Of a DNA stretch of 64,000 nucleotides, positions 1-10,140 are shown piece by piece. The position numbers were made by a program, and so were the translations under genes. How positions within the stretch are numbered: the stretch's first letter is position 1; each line of letters opens with the position of its first letter. The notes beneath the pieces are model-generated. The model was not told where the DNA came from. It saw nothing but the letters and a program-made list of their open reading frames with translations, and ran no database searches. The DNA is from Candidatus Bathyarchaeota archaeon (GTDB lineage: Archaea > Thermoproteota > Bathyarchaeia > 40CM-2-53-6): positions 128,001 to 192,000 of the forward strand of contig CAVTBR010000001.1 in the NCBI GenBank assembly GCA_963733055.1, in the 5' to 3' direction.

Positions 1-795
1 CTTCGCGGTGCCTTGCGAAGTCATGTACCGGCCGTTTCTCGCGAACAACGCGTACGAAGCCGAATCGAATATGTCGCAACCAAGCGCTACGGCGAAAGCG
101 AACATCATCGGATGTCCGGCCCCAAAGAGGTGAAGAGGCTTGTCTGGAGGGAGCTGCAATTTTGCCGCCATTATCATATCTACGAGGATATCGAAGCGAT
201 ACTGTTGCATGACCGGCGTAGGGCTCCCGAGGGCGTAGATTGAGAAATTCCGTTTCGCCATTTCTCGGGCAGAGTAGGACACTAGGTCCGGGAAGGCACC
301 TCCTTGGACCGGCCCGACCCAGAGAATATCCTCTCTGCTCACCAGCTTCAACGACTGGTCGGCTCTTCGAAGGGTTTCGTCGACAGTCCATTTTGCTCGT
401 TCTTTCGATGCCTCCTCTCCTGTGGGTACATCCAGGATTACTGCAATGTCGCTTCCCAGTCGTTCTTGGAATCGAATAATCTCACTCGGTTGAACCTCCA
501 CATCCCCGTACTGGAGAATCTGGTAGGCTCCCGAATCTGTTTCAATCACACCATTGAACCCTATCAGATCATGTATCTTCGGGACTTCCTTGTCTTCGCG
601 ATGCTTCCGCCATACCAAGTATGAGTTTGTGATAATCGCATCGAAGGAAAATGTATCCCGCAGTTGCTGAGGAGGGACCGTCTGTGAGTTTGGGTTAACG
701 ACAGGTAACAGTAGAGGAGTTTCTACAGAGCCGCTCTTGGTTCTGAGGTAACCTACCCTTCCAAGAAGGTCTTTGTGGCGAATCTCAAAGGACAA
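1..795 (-). CDS. tgtA: Archaeosine tRNA-guanine(15) transglycosylase (runs off the left window edge)
   Basis: Not in the ORF track; manually translated from TTG at 795: MSFEIRHKDLLGRVGYL..VETPLLLPVVNP..IITNSY..ETDSGAYQ..LDVP..GPVQGG..HLFGAGHP..GCDIFDSASY, the archaeal TGT motifs. Confidence 0.95.
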   Translation of the reverse strand, partial: MSFEIRHKDLLGRVGYLRTKSGSVETPLLLPVVNPNSQTVPPQQLRDTFSFDAIITNSYLVWRKHREDKEVPKIHDLIGFNGVIETDSGAYQILQYGDVEVQPSEIIRFQERLGSDIAVILDVPTGEEASKERAKWTVDETLRRADQSLKLVSREDILWVGPVQGGAFPDLVSYSAREMAKRNFSIYALGSPTPVMQQYRFDILVDMIMAAKLQLPPDKPLHLFGAGHPMMFAFAVALGCDIFDSASYALFARNGRYMTSQGTAK

Positions 796-847
796 TTGAC
801 AGTCAAGCTTCGACCGAACACACTCAGAAACACGATTCTAGTTTTCT

Positions 848-1276
848 TCAGGGTTGTGCAGCTGCGCGAGTGAATTCATCGTAAACTTTCTGAACTCTTT
901 CCGCCGCGGGTCCCGTTCCTTCGAGAATTCCCTTTTCCGAAACCCGTATTCGGTCCATCACGACGATTACGCCCGCACCTTCACTTACCTTCACCATGCG
1001 TGGAAAGACTCGTTCAAGCCTATCCGCTAAGGCTTGGAGGTTGAAGGGTTTCTCGGAGCTTGATATTTGTGCAACTTTGTTGCCGCTTAAGAAGAGTTTG
1101 TGAACAAGATGCCCGGACTCGTCCTTAACATCTGATAAGCAGACGCTCAGGGAGTGAGAGTCTAAGCCGGATAGGACTCCTGTGTAATTCTTTCCGTCGG
1201 TGGTCGAGATTGTGACCACTTTCTGCAAGAGTCCGCTGAGCTCTTCTAAGAATCTACGATCTGGTAATGAGGACAT
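848..1276 (-). CDS. Sm-like RNA-binding protein with C-terminal domain (SmAP3 type)
   Basis: Sm1 motif (VTISTTDGKNYTGVLSGLD) plus C-terminal domain (LERVFP..AGVIVVMDRIRVSE.G); likely ATG at 1276. Confidence 0.88.
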   Translation of the reverse strand: MSSLPDRRFLEELSGLLQKVVTISTTDGKNYTGVLSGLDSHSLSVCLSDVKDESGHLVHKLFLSGNKVAQISSSEKPFNLQALADRLERVFPRMVKVSEGAGVIVVMDRIRVSEKGILEGTGPAAERVQKVYDEFTRAAAQP

Positions 1277-1551
1277 GGAATTTCGTCCCACCCATGGTTG
1301 CTGAGGTTAGTAACATTATCGGCTGTTCTACGGCTTGCAGGTTTCTTCTGTTGGTCTTGTGTTTTTGCTTCCTGCAGCACACGCCTCGCCTCTTTCGGAT
1401 CTTCAGATCGAGCGATAACCCTTGCCTCCGCCGCTTTCACACGTTTACCACAGTAAGGGCACGTACGAGTTTCCTTGTCCGACGCACCTAGAAGGTAGCG
1501 ACCGCAATTCGTGCAAGCCAACACCAGATAATGCTTCTTGGGCTTCTGCAA
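1246..1551 (-). CDS. Zn-ribbon protein (DUF1922-like)
   Basis: CTNCG..TCPYCG knuckles in a small archaeal protein next to the Sm gene. Confidence 0.75.
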   Translation of the reverse strand: MQKPKKHYLVLACTNCGRYLLGASDKETRTCPYCGKRVKAAEARVIARSEDPKEARRVLQEAKTQDQQKKPASRRTADNVTNLSNHGWDEIPCPHYQIVDS

Positions 1552-1558
1552 TCGTCGA

Positions 1559-2155
1559 TTACTCCAGATATTTTTCCAAACCGTGTTCTCGCTTTAGGGT
1601 GGCGATCCAATTGATCGTAACGCTCTCGCTAGTCTGCTGCAGCACAATCTTCCTCGCTAATGCCACACATTTCTCGAGCCTTCGACTCGAAGTATCGAGC
1701 TGAAACACCTTTTTCGCTCCATAGTAGCTGATTGCGATCATGAAGCACGCATCAAGCATCTCGGCCAAGACGTTCTCACGCACCTTGTTCGCGCTCCAGC
1801 CTTTCCTTCGCAGCCTAGATTCGAGAATATTGGGGTGGCATCGTAGAACGATGACTCGTCGAGTGCGTTCCCTCGGAATACTATCCGCAACGTGCGTATC
1901 GACAATAATCATTTCGCCTCTCGAGGTTAGGTTCCTTAGGCTCTTCCTTGTTCTCTCTATGTCTACAATCTTCGAACTTCTTTCCCGATCAATTCCGCTG
2001 TACAGACTTTTTGCGGTAACGAAACGGGTTAGTGATAGGTAGTCAGCGTGAATGGCTTTGGCGATGGCTTTCGCGATTGTCGTTTTGCCTGTTCCAGGAG
2101 TTCCTGTAATGACAATCATATTGCGCCGCGAAGGCTGTCTGGAGATTGGTTTCAT
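1559..2155 (-). CDS. Adenylate kinase, AK6/Fap7 family
   Basis: ITGTPGTGKTT P-loop, hhhDTH, LRC.P..LE.RL..KGW...KV.EN..AE. Confidence 0.9.
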   Translation of the reverse strand: MKPISRQPSRRNMIVITGTPGTGKTTIAKAIAKAIHADYLSLTRFVTAKSLYSGIDRERSSKIVDIERTRKSLRNLTSRGEMIIVDTHVADSIPRERTRRVIVLRCHPNILESRLRRKGWSANKVRENVLAEMLDACFMIAISYYGAKKVFQLDTSSRRLEKCVALARKIVLQQTSESVTINWIATLKREHGLEKYLE

Positions 2156-2382
2156 TTCTTGGGGTTACCTCTCGTTTGCGTCATGTATTCCTGTATACCC
2201 TCTCTCACGATCTTGTAAAGTTCCGAATAGGCTACGGTTTGCGCATCCTTCTGTTCCTTCTTTGCAACGTATTTTCTGATGAACTCTTGAAAGCTCGGAT
2301 CCTCGGGGTTGATGTTGGCAGAGTAGTGTTCAAACATTCTGACTATGCGTGCGGTCACATGATCGAGGTAGGGTTCGGGCAA
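2152..2382 (-). CDS. Hypothetical protein
   Basis: 76-aa ORF with ATGA-type overlap into the AK6 gene. Confidence 0.55.
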   Translation of the reverse strand: MPEPYLDHVTARIVRMFEHYSANINPEDPSFQEFIRKYVAKKEQKDAQTVAYSELYKIVREGIQEYMTQTRGNPKK

Positions 2383-2408
2383 TGAGATGCGCCTCTTGGA
2401 GGATTGTG

Positions 2409-3248
2409 TTAGCTGAAGGTTTCACTAAGTTCGTCCTGATCTTCTTTGCTTAGTGTCCACCCCACAGCCGCAGCATTCTCCTTGACATGTTGTAAGTTCC
2501 CCGCCTTGGGTATTGCTATAATCTGCTCTTTGACGATCAACCAGTTCAGTGCAACTTGTGTTCTGGTCTTGTTATACTTCTCAGCGATTTTGTCGAGGGC
2601 CCGCCACCGCTTGTCACGTCCGCCCGAAGCAATGTTCCCATGCCCAACGGGGCTGTAAGCAATTACGGTAACGTGCTCTTTTGCGCAGTAAGGGAGCACG
2701 TCTTCTTCAATTGACCTCTCCACGAGGCTATACTCGACTTGATTGGAAACTAAACGTATCTTCGACAAAGCCTGTTGAGCGTCACGAGTTTGTTTTGCAG
2801 AGAAGTTGCTGACGCCCACATTCCGAACTTTCCCTTCTGCCACCAAGTTCTCCATAGCCCTCATCGTGTCTCGTATGGGGACTCGGGGGTTCGGCCAATG
2901 GACTTGGTAGAGATCAACGTAATTCGTTTTCAACCGCCTTAGACTTGACTCGCATGCGTGCAACACTCCGTCGTAGGATAGGTTCTCAGCTGAAACTTTG
3001 GTTGCGATGAAAACACTCTCACGCTCATCGCCTACCGCCCTTGCAACTATCTCCTCCGAATGCCCGCTCGCATACACCTCGGCCGTGTCGATGAAGCTCA
3101 TACCCAACTTCAAGCCCAGGCGAAGAGCTTCCACATCGCCCTCGTCTCCGCCGCCAAGGCGTCTGCTACTAAATCCACCCATTCCCCAAGTACCCAAACC
3201 TAGTACGGGGACCTCCACCTTGCTGTTTCCAAGCTTCTTGAAGTCCAT
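2409..3248 (-). CDS. Aldo/keto reductase
   Basis: LGLGTW, IDTAEVY, IATKV, DLYQVHWP, GVSNF, NQVEYS, AYSP, IPK motifs. Confidence 0.95.
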   Translation of the reverse strand: MDFKKLGNSKVEVPVLGLGTWGMGGFSSRRLGGGDEGDVEALRLGLKLGMSFIDTAEVYASGHSEEIVARAVGDERESVFIATKVSAENLSYDGVLHACESSLRRLKTNYVDLYQVHWPNPRVPIRDTMRAMENLVAEGKVRNVGVSNFSAKQTRDAQQALSKIRLVSNQVEYSLVERSIEEDVLPYCAKEHVTVIAYSPVGHGNIASGGRDKRWRALDKIAEKYNKTRTQVALNWLIVKEQIIAIPKAGNLQHVKENAAAVGWTLSKEDQDELSETFS

Positions 3249-3253
3249 ACGCT

Positions 3254-4174
3254 TCAGCTTCGCGTCCTACCTATTCGTTCGAGTATCCATTCAGCGCGCC
3301 TTTCTATTTGCTTTGACGACCCGAAATTTGCAGGGCCAAATCGTTCAACAACAAAGGACGCCACAGCAGAGCCCACCGAACTTGACCATAACAAATCGCC
3401 TGTTCTGATCCAAGTAACCAGGAACCCTCCCACGAAAGCGTCGCCGGCGCCTGTTGGATCCCGGATTCGAGTCGCATAAGCCGGGATTCTGAACGCCCCT
3501 TCATCTCTAGACCAGACCGCTGTTCCCTTTTCCCCTTGTGTAACAAGGATCATGCGTGGACCGAGCTTCGCAAGGTGTCGAGTCGCGACCTTCTGCACTC
3601 CCATGGCGCGAAGTTCCGGTTCTGAGACCTTCAGCACTTCCAAACGCTTCAGGAGGGCGGCATTGTTCCATCTCTTCCGACTTACGCGTCCCGAACCGTC
3701 CAACTTGCGCGTATAACCTTGAGCCTCCAGGCTCAGGACAGAGTCTCGGTCCGCTAGCTCCAAGGCGAGTTTCTCTGGAAAGTCGTCCAAGACAAGACCA
3801 ATGTGGATCGCTGACGCCTCAGGAAGGGATCGTAGGTCGTTGGCCGCGAGTGGTTCGCATCTTTGAGTAACTTTCATTGTCCTTCCAGCATCGCGATAGT
3901 CGATTCTGAAGCAGGTCGTTGGAAAGGAGGATGTACGAATTCTGTTGACCGCTATGCCGCGTTTGGCGATCCAAGCAAACTCGTTTCGTGTGAAATCTTC
4001 GCCCACCCGGCTGACCACGAGAACTGAGGCGTCAAGAGCGCGTGCGGCGAGGCTTGAGTAGATGCATGGACCACCGAGGCTCGGGCCTCGAACTCTCCCT
4101 CGGCGGGAGATATAATCTCGAACTATGTGACCAACTACTGCTAGGTCATATTTCACGGTTGAAAACCTGCTCAA
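3254..4174 (-). CDS. PfkB/ribokinase-family kinase
   Basis: GG motif, VTQGEKG and DPTGAGDAFVGGF signature. Confidence 0.92.
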   Translation of the reverse strand: MSRFSTVKYDLAVVGHIVRDYISRRGRVRGPSLGGPCIYSSLAARALDASVLVVSRVGEDFTRNEFAWIAKRGIAVNRIRTSSFPTTCFRIDYRDAGRTMKVTQRCEPLAANDLRSLPEASAIHIGLVLDDFPEKLALELADRDSVLSLEAQGYTRKLDGSGRVSRKRWNNAALLKRLEVLKVSEPELRAMGVQKVATRHLAKLGPRMILVTQGEKGTAVWSRDEGAFRIPAYATRIRDPTGAGDAFVGGFLVTWIRTGDLLWSSSVGSAVASFVVERFGPANFGSSKQIERRAEWILERIGRTRS

Positions 4175-4203
4175 TTGGCTTGATGGTAGAGGCTGCTATC
4201 GTG

Positions 4204-4953
4204 CTAGAACATGGCCTCGCCGCCATTGATATGTATCGTCTGACCGGTTATGAAACTCGCCTTCTCTGAAGCGAGAAAGACTGCGACGTATCCAATTTCT
4301 TTAGGTTGTCCCATCCTGCCTAACGGAATTTCCTCCAAGGCTTTCTTTCGCTCTTCGCCCACTGTTCCTGAGGTCATATCTGTTTCAAACCATCCAGGCG
4401 CGATCGTATTGACTGTGATGTTGTAAGGCGCGAACTCTAATGCCAAGGACTTTGTGAGTCCAAGCAACGCGGCCTTAGATGTTCCGTAGTGAGCCTCATG
4501 GTCGGTTCCGATAAACGCGTCGCTTGAGGAGATGTTGATTACTCTACCCCACTTTTTGATCCTCATCTCAGGGGTGAACGCCTTTGTGCAAAGGAATACG
4601 CCATCGACGTTTACAGCCATGATACGTCTCCATTCATCATCGTCAATTTCCCAAAATTTGAGATGATGGTGAATTCCAGCATTGTTGACTAGAATGTCTA
4701 CGCCCCTCTTGTATTGGGACATAATGGTTTGCCGCATCGCGAGAACCTCTTTGTGATTCGAGACATCGGCTCTAACAATCAAGCTGCGTCGTCCTAGCGC
4801 TTCGATGTCGCGTGCGACCTCAGCGGCTTTCTCCTTCTGGGTCGCGTAGTTCACTACCACATCAGCCCCTTCCCGTGCCAACTCCAAAGCGATTCCCCTT
4901 CCGATCCCTCTCGAAGCTCCGGTAATGAGCGCTAGTTTCTCCGAGAGAGACAT
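4204..4953 (-). CDS. SDR oxidoreductase, FabG-like
   Basis: TGASRGIG, NNAG, YGTSK, NTIAPG. Confidence 0.93.
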   Translation of the reverse strand: MSLSEKLALITGASRGIGRGIALELAREGADVVVNYATQKEKAAEVARDIEALGRRSLIVRADVSNHKEVLAMRQTIMSQYKRGVDILVNNAGIHHHLKFWEIDDDEWRRIMAVNVDGVFLCTKAFTPEMRIKKWGRVINISSSDAFIGTDHEAHYGTSKAALLGLTKSLALEFAPYNITVNTIAPGWFETDMTSGTVGEERKKALEEIPLGRMGQPKEIGYVAVFLASEKASFITGQTIHINGGEAMF

Positions 4954-5022
4954 TAGCGTCAACTCAGGTCGAAAATTTTACTGGGATGAGGCGGGAGACA
5001 ACATTCGTTTCATGGTCATGAG

Positions 5023-6348
5023 TCAGGACTTGAAATGTGCGACGGCATCCTTAACGCCGCGAAGGAACATGCCAATTTCCTCGACCGTGTTGAAGTGGAC
5101 TGGACTTGCACGGATCGCAATTGATTTTCCATACGTATTGAGGGTTTTGGAATAGAAGCCCCCGTGGTTTTCGGCTAGTACGGCTATCGCATGTTTTTCC
5201 CAAAGGAATTTGGCGACCTCCAGGGGGTTAGCGCCAACGATATTGAATGTGAAGGTTGGGACGCGGGCGTGAGCTTGTGCCAAGTCGGTTATTCCATAGA
5301 TTTCGACGTCAGGAATATTGCATAGTCCTTCAGCGCCTGAGGTACCTCTCAACATGGCAATTGACAAGGCATACTCGTAACTCTCAATCCAAGTGAGTGC
5401 CGCTTTCAAGAGGCGACCGCGACCTGCGTAATCGCCGATTCTTTCTCTTACTTGCGGCTCGACTCTGCTCCCCAACCAGGCGAGGTATTCCATGACTGCG
5501 CTTATCGAGGCGAAGAGTGATTGATCGCGGGTGCCCATCTCCCAGTTCGCGGGTGGGTCCTCCGGCGCGGGCACAACCTTGTACGGCTTAAGGGACCTGA
5601 GAAGTTCCTCGCGTCCGTACATGAAGCTGCCCCGTCTACTGAAGAGTTTGTACGCAGAGAAAACTACGAAATCGAAGGGTGTCTTTTGAATGTCCAGTGG
5701 AGTATGGGCAACGGTGTGCACTGCGTCTAGGACGGTGTAGGCGGACGCCCCTTTCGCGACCTGCAAGACCTGATCTAGAGGCGTCTTTGAGCCAAGAACA
5801 TTGGAGGCTCCAGCCACCGAAATTACTCTTGTATTCTCATCGACGAGGCTTTCGAGATGAGACAAGTCCAGCATTGCGGTTTTAGGGTTGAATCTTGCGA
5901 ACCTTACCTCCTTAACGAGACCTCGGCGTTTGAGTTCTAGCCATGGGCTTATGTTCGCATAATGCTCGTAATCGGTCGTAACTATGTTCTCTTTTCCTGA
6001 CAGTTCCTTCCCGATTGCGTAACTGAGTTGGAAGATTAGGCTGGTCGCTGATTCGCCGGAGACGATGCAGTTGGAGTTAGGTGCGTTCAGAAGATCGCTG
6101 ACCGCTTGTCTTCCTTCAGATATCACTTCTTCGTTTCTCTTGGATTCCCATGAAGGGCCATCAACATTTGCCGAACAGTCTATTCGCGCTTTTGCCTCGG
6201 CATCCACAGCACGTTTCAAAACCAGCGAACCGGCGGCGTTCTCGAAGAAGACTCTGCGTCTTCCATTCGCATCAGTGTCGGCTCGAGGAAACTCCTTCCG
6301 TATCAGCCGTAGGAGTTCGGATTGGCTTTCAATGCTCTGCAGAATCAA
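5023..6348 (-). CDS. Class V PLP enzyme, cysteine-desulfurase-like (catalytic Cys appears absent)
   Basis: FENAAGS, EHYAN, SNVLG, DAVH, FSAYK, E.GT; GGFY where SufS has HHC. Confidence 0.85.
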   Translation of the reverse strand: MILQSIESQSELLRLIRKEFPRADTDANGRRRVFFENAAGSLVLKRAVDAEAKARIDCSANVDGPSWESKRNEEVISEGRQAVSDLLNAPNSNCIVSGESATSLIFQLSYAIGKELSGKENIVTTDYEHYANISPWLELKRRGLVKEVRFARFNPKTAMLDLSHLESLVDENTRVISVAGASNVLGSKTPLDQVLQVAKGASAYTVLDAVHTVAHTPLDIQKTPFDFVVFSAYKLFSRRGSFMYGREELLRSLKPYKVVPAPEDPPANWEMGTRDQSLFASISAVMEYLAWLGSRVEPQVRERIGDYAGRGRLLKAALTWIESYEYALSIAMLRGTSGAEGLCNIPDVEIYGITDLAQAHARVPTFTFNIVGANPLEVAKFLWEKHAIAVLAENHGGFYSKTLNTYGKSIAIRASPVHFNTVEEIGMFLRGVKDAVAHFKS

Positions 6349-6455
6349 CGGTATATCGCGTCAGACACACCTAGCTCACTATAATCAGTTCCGGCAAATT
6401 CCTAACCGCTGTAACGAGTTTTGATGGCCCAAGTATCCCAGAAAGGTCGAGCATG

Positions 6456-7214
6456 CTACTCTGCCATATCGTCGGGCAACTTGTACCAGGGAACTTTTTC
6501 TCCGACCCTTGCACGCGCTTTCCAACCCATGCTCTTCGGTTCTTGTTCGATCATGTCGGAAATTCGCTTCATTCGTCCTCTCACAAGTTCTTTGTCGGCA
6601 GATGTCAACTCAAACCGCTCAAGCATGGAGGCGGTCTTGTCGAGAACGAGTGTGAAGGTCTTATACATTCCCCAATCCTTTGAACAAAGCTCCGCTAATC
6701 GCTTCCCGTTGATAGCCACGGGTTTGTCTGAATCCGCGACTTCGTGGTCCAGCAACATTGCCGTGATATCTTTGAAGTCTTTCTCGTTGGTTTTGAAGAT
6801 CTGTAATTTTGTCGCTAGGAGGTCTGCCATGGTCAGGGTTAATGGGTCTAGCGTTAATCTGTCTCTGAGGTCGATCTTGTGGCACATTTCGAAGTAGTCT
6901 AGGAATAGGTCGACTCTTCGCTTATTTGGCAGGTCGAAGAACATTAACCGAGTTGCACTGCGTAAGGCGTTGAAAATCTCGTTTGGGGAATAACCAAGCT
7001 TTGTAAATAATTCTCGAATCTTACGAGACTCCTTTCTGTACCCGACTAGGTCTATGTCCGGATACTTTCTTGAAACACTAGGCCTCTTTGCGCTCGGGCA
7101 TCTGAAGCCAATCGCCGTGCCTCCGAGCAAGCGCAGAGTGATCCCGTTATCTGCGGCGGTTGAGATAAGTCTGTTAGCTTCTCTCAAGATGTCGGATTCG
7201 GTTGTTACAGCCAA
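6456..7214 (-). CDS. Putative nucleotidyltransferase (Pol-beta fold), function unknown
   Basis: LLGGTAI..R.YPDIDL (GG..DxD) and a third acidic residue in VDLF; C-terminal KSMGWK.RAR.G..V.WY. Confidence 0.7.
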   Translation of the reverse strand: MAVTTESDILREANRLISTAADNGITLRLLGGTAIGFRCPSAKRPSVSRKYPDIDLVGYRKESRKIRELFTKLGYSPNEIFNALRSATRLMFFDLPNKRRVDLFLDYFEMCHKIDLRDRLTLDPLTLTMADLLATKLQIFKTNEKDFKDITAMLLDHEVADSDKPVAINGKRLAELCSKDWGMYKTFTLVLDKTASMLERFELTSADKELVRGRMKRISDMIEQEPKSMGWKARARVGEKVPWYKLPDDMAE

Positions 7215-7274
7215 GGCTAATCAGATCAATAAAAAAGAGAGGAGGGGAGTTGCGCTTAAGGTCTTTGACAGGGT

Positions 7275-8888
7275 CTAGGGTGGTGGAATCTCGCCGTAGA
7301 TCTGCGTTATTTTGATGCCGCGTTTCTCGTTCTTGGCGACGAAGATGATGAAGACTAGGACGCCGACTGCCATCCAGAGGACTGAAACGTTCCATGCGAG
7401 CAGTGAGATTCCTACTGTGCTGAGTGCCAGTATCCAGAACATGCCGACTACGCCAGCGGCACCGATTAGGCTCATTACTGGAATGCCGAACAACTTAGTC
7501 TTCATGCCTTTCTCCCAGATGTCAGGCCGTTTGAATGGGAGTACTGTGGCGGTGAATGCGACGATCAAGTAGGCGAAGGCGTACCAGAACGAGCTGTTGG
7601 CTGCAGCCGCAAGGAAGCCGTAGGAGGTTAGGGTTAGGAGTGCCACGATTATTCCGCCTATCATGCATGCGATGGTTGCTGGGACTGGCGTGTGCATTCT
7701 CTCGGACACTTTGCCGAATACCGCCGGGAACATTCGATCGAATGACATTCCGAACATGCACCTAGTTCCGGCCAGGTAAGTTACGATCACTGATGTGATA
7801 GGGTAAAACCACCAGGCCGCAAAAAATAGAACAATAGTCGAACCGGCTAAACTCGCTGAGAACAGAGGCATCGATGGAAGCAACATGTACGGAGCAACGT
7901 GTGCAGCGTCCGTCGCATTTAGTGTCCCGGCGCTATAGAGGTTGTAGACGTAGTTATACTGGAGTATGAAGCCGCCGTAGGCGTTGTAGGCCAGCCAAGT
8001 TACGAGACTGTACCATATTACGGTGCCAATCATGCCCGCCGTGAAGAAGTACATGAATGAGGAACGAGGATTCCTCAATTCTCCACCAACGTAGGCGTTG
8101 ACTTCGTAGCCTGTTAGTGCCCAGAAAATGTACGCAACAATCGCAAGGGTGTCGTTCCATGAGCCCGCCGAGACCCTTGAGACATACCCGGCCAGATTGT
8201 ATTTCGTGGCAAGGCTAGCTATCATCTCGAACGCGCCCGGACCCCACACGTGGTCCCATGCAGCGGGGACGGAACCTGGATTGTTTGTAGCGAAGAGTAT
8301 GGCCGATACGATTAAGCCGAGGGTGTTAAGGCCCCAGATCACCATCATGATCTTCATGTAATGTTTGATTTCGATCATAGCCAGCAATCCGAGGATGATG
8401 ATGATTAGAATGGTGAACTCCACTTGTGGTAGGGTACTGCTGAGCCACGAGCCGAACGAAGTGAGTGCAGGCATGTTGAAGGCGTTACCCCACATTGTAA
8501 ATATGGTTGAGCTTACTGCTCCCATAACGGATGCGACGAGGCCGATTGAGAATATTTGCGCTAACCAGTAAATCCATCCCGTCCCAATCCACCCTACGAA
8601 TGGGTCGACAAAACGGGATCCCCACACGTACGCACCCGCTGCTCTTGGAGTTGTAACGCCAAGCAATGCAAATGTGAAGACGCTGATGATTGTTGGTATG
8701 CCTACTAGTAGGAAAGCGCCGGGTACGCTTCCCATGGGATAGTTGTAGATGACTTCAATCGCGTAGAGCGTTATTCCACTGCCAGCCATAGAGGCCCACG
8801 GTAGCACGAATGAACCGACAGGTCCGATTTCCTTGACGAGCCCTGTAGATTTGCGCAGAAAAAGTTCTACTTTGAATTCTTCGGTCAA
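7275..8888 (-). CDS. APC-family amino acid permease
   Basis: FLRKSTGLVKE N-terminus, PRAAGAYVW, FGMSFDR.FP, multi-TM, C-terminal EIPP. Confidence 0.92.
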   Translation of the reverse strand: MTEEFKVELFLRKSTGLVKEIGPVGSFVLPWASMAGSGITLYAIEVIYNYPMGSVPGAFLLVGIPTIISVFTFALLGVTTPRAAGAYVWGSRFVDPFVGWIGTGWIYWLAQIFSIGLVASVMGAVSSTIFTMWGNAFNMPALTSFGSWLSSTLPQVEFTILIIIILGLLAMIEIKHYMKIMMVIWGLNTLGLIVSAILFATNNPGSVPAAWDHVWGPGAFEMIASLATKYNLAGYVSRVSAGSWNDTLAIVAYIFWALTGYEVNAYVGGELRNPRSSFMYFFTAGMIGTVIWYSLVTWLAYNAYGGFILQYNYVYNLYSAGTLNATDAAHVAPYMLLPSMPLFSASLAGSTIVLFFAAWWFYPITSVIVTYLAGTRCMFGMSFDRMFPAVFGKVSERMHTPVPATIACMIGGIIVALLTLTSYGFLAAAANSSFWYAFAYLIVAFTATVLPFKRPDIWEKGMKTKLFGIPVMSLIGAAGVVGMFWILALSTVGISLLAWNVSVLWMAVGVLVFIIFVAKNEKRGIKITQIYGEIPPP

Positions 8889-9095
8889 AGCAATTGACCG
8901 GAGGGAGGGTACAAGATAGTACGTTTATTAAACTAACTATGCTGGACCGGTCAAATATTACGACGGAAGAGCAACTATAGAGAATAACTGCGACTACTTA
9001 CCGCCTTGTTAGTTCTCGTGAAAGGCAAATTTGAAGCTTCATGCTTAACCGATTCATTTAACTTCAATTCGCCTACTACCCGAAACCGACGCGAT

Positions 9096-10043
9096 TTGTC
9101 TGAAACCAAGATTCTCTTCGCCACCGATCTTCACGGCGGAGATACATACTTTCTGAAGGTCCTGTCCCTAGCGAACAGTTCCAAAGTCAATATAGTGATG
9201 ATGTGCGGCGATCTTACAGGAAAGGCGATTGTGCCAATCGTTAAACTAAATGACGACCTATTCGTCACGAATTTCTTTAACACAGACTATCGGTTGAAAA
9301 AAGAAGAACTGCCGAAGATGGAGAAGGATATTCGGCAGGTTGGCTACTACTATTATCATTGCAGCAGAACCGAGTATGAGGAGTTCAAGAGTAAACCGGA
9401 TCGGCTAACAGAGTTATTCGATAAGCTGATGCAGCAAACAATCGAAAACTGGCTGATCAAGATCGACGAAATCCTCCCGAAGGACGTTCGTGTTTTGATG
9501 AACCCTGGCAACGACGACACATTCGCCATCGACGAAGTATTGAAGAAGTCTAACCGTGTTGAGTACACTCTGGAAAAGTGCGTCGAATTAGACGATAAGC
9601 ACTCGCTTGTAGCGTGTGATTGGGTCAACCCAACACCTTGGGACTCCCCGCGCGAGTGCAGTGAGCGTGAGTTGGAGAAACGTTTACGGACTGAACTTGG
9701 GCGGGCGTCTTCGATGGCGAACGTGGTTTGTGACTTTCATACGCCTGGGTACAATACCCCGCTGGACCTTGCACCACGACTTGGCAAAGACCTACGACCG
9801 AAGTACTTCATGGGCCAACCCATAATGGACCATGTCGGGAGCACCGCGGTTAGAAAAGTTCTAGAGGAGTTTCAACCGAAACTTGCCTTGCATGGACACA
9901 TCCATGAGTCACCTGGAGTTTGTAATATCAAGAGAACAACCTGCATAAACCCGGGTTCTGAGTATGTCGAAGGAATAATGCACGGCTGCTTCGTTACATT
10001 AAAACCGGAGGGTCTTGAACACCAACTAATATCCGGCGGTTAA
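9096..10043 (+). CDS. Calcineurin-like metallophosphoesterase
   Basis: DLHG, GDLTGK, PGNDD, HTP, HGHIHES, NPGSEY; likely TTG start at 9096 (ORF track starts at 9006). Confidence 0.9.
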   Translation: MSETKILFATDLHGGDTYFLKVLSLANSSKVNIVMMCGDLTGKAIVPIVKLNDDLFVTNFFNTDYRLKKEELPKMEKDIRQVGYYYYHCSRTEYEEFKSKPDRLTELFDKLMQQTIENWLIKIDEILPKDVRVLMNPGNDDTFAIDEVLKKSNRVEYTLEKCVELDDKHSLVACDWVNPTPWDSPRECSERELEKRLRTELGRASSMANVVCDFHTPGYNTPLDLAPRLGKDLRPKYFMGQPIMDHVGSTAVRKVLEEFQPKLALHGHIHESPGVCNIKRTTCINPGSEYVEGIMHGCFVTLKPEGLEHQLISGG

Positions 10044-10140
10044 GGAAGAGCGAACCAAGACCTATGAGCGAACTTTCGTCAACTTCATTTGAACTTAATC
10101 CTGATATGGATTGGCCGGACAAGTTACGTCCGCTACATTA

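Noticed and set aside
13-624. Three + strand ORFs in the track
   Set aside because: They are antisense shadows of tgtA on the - strand
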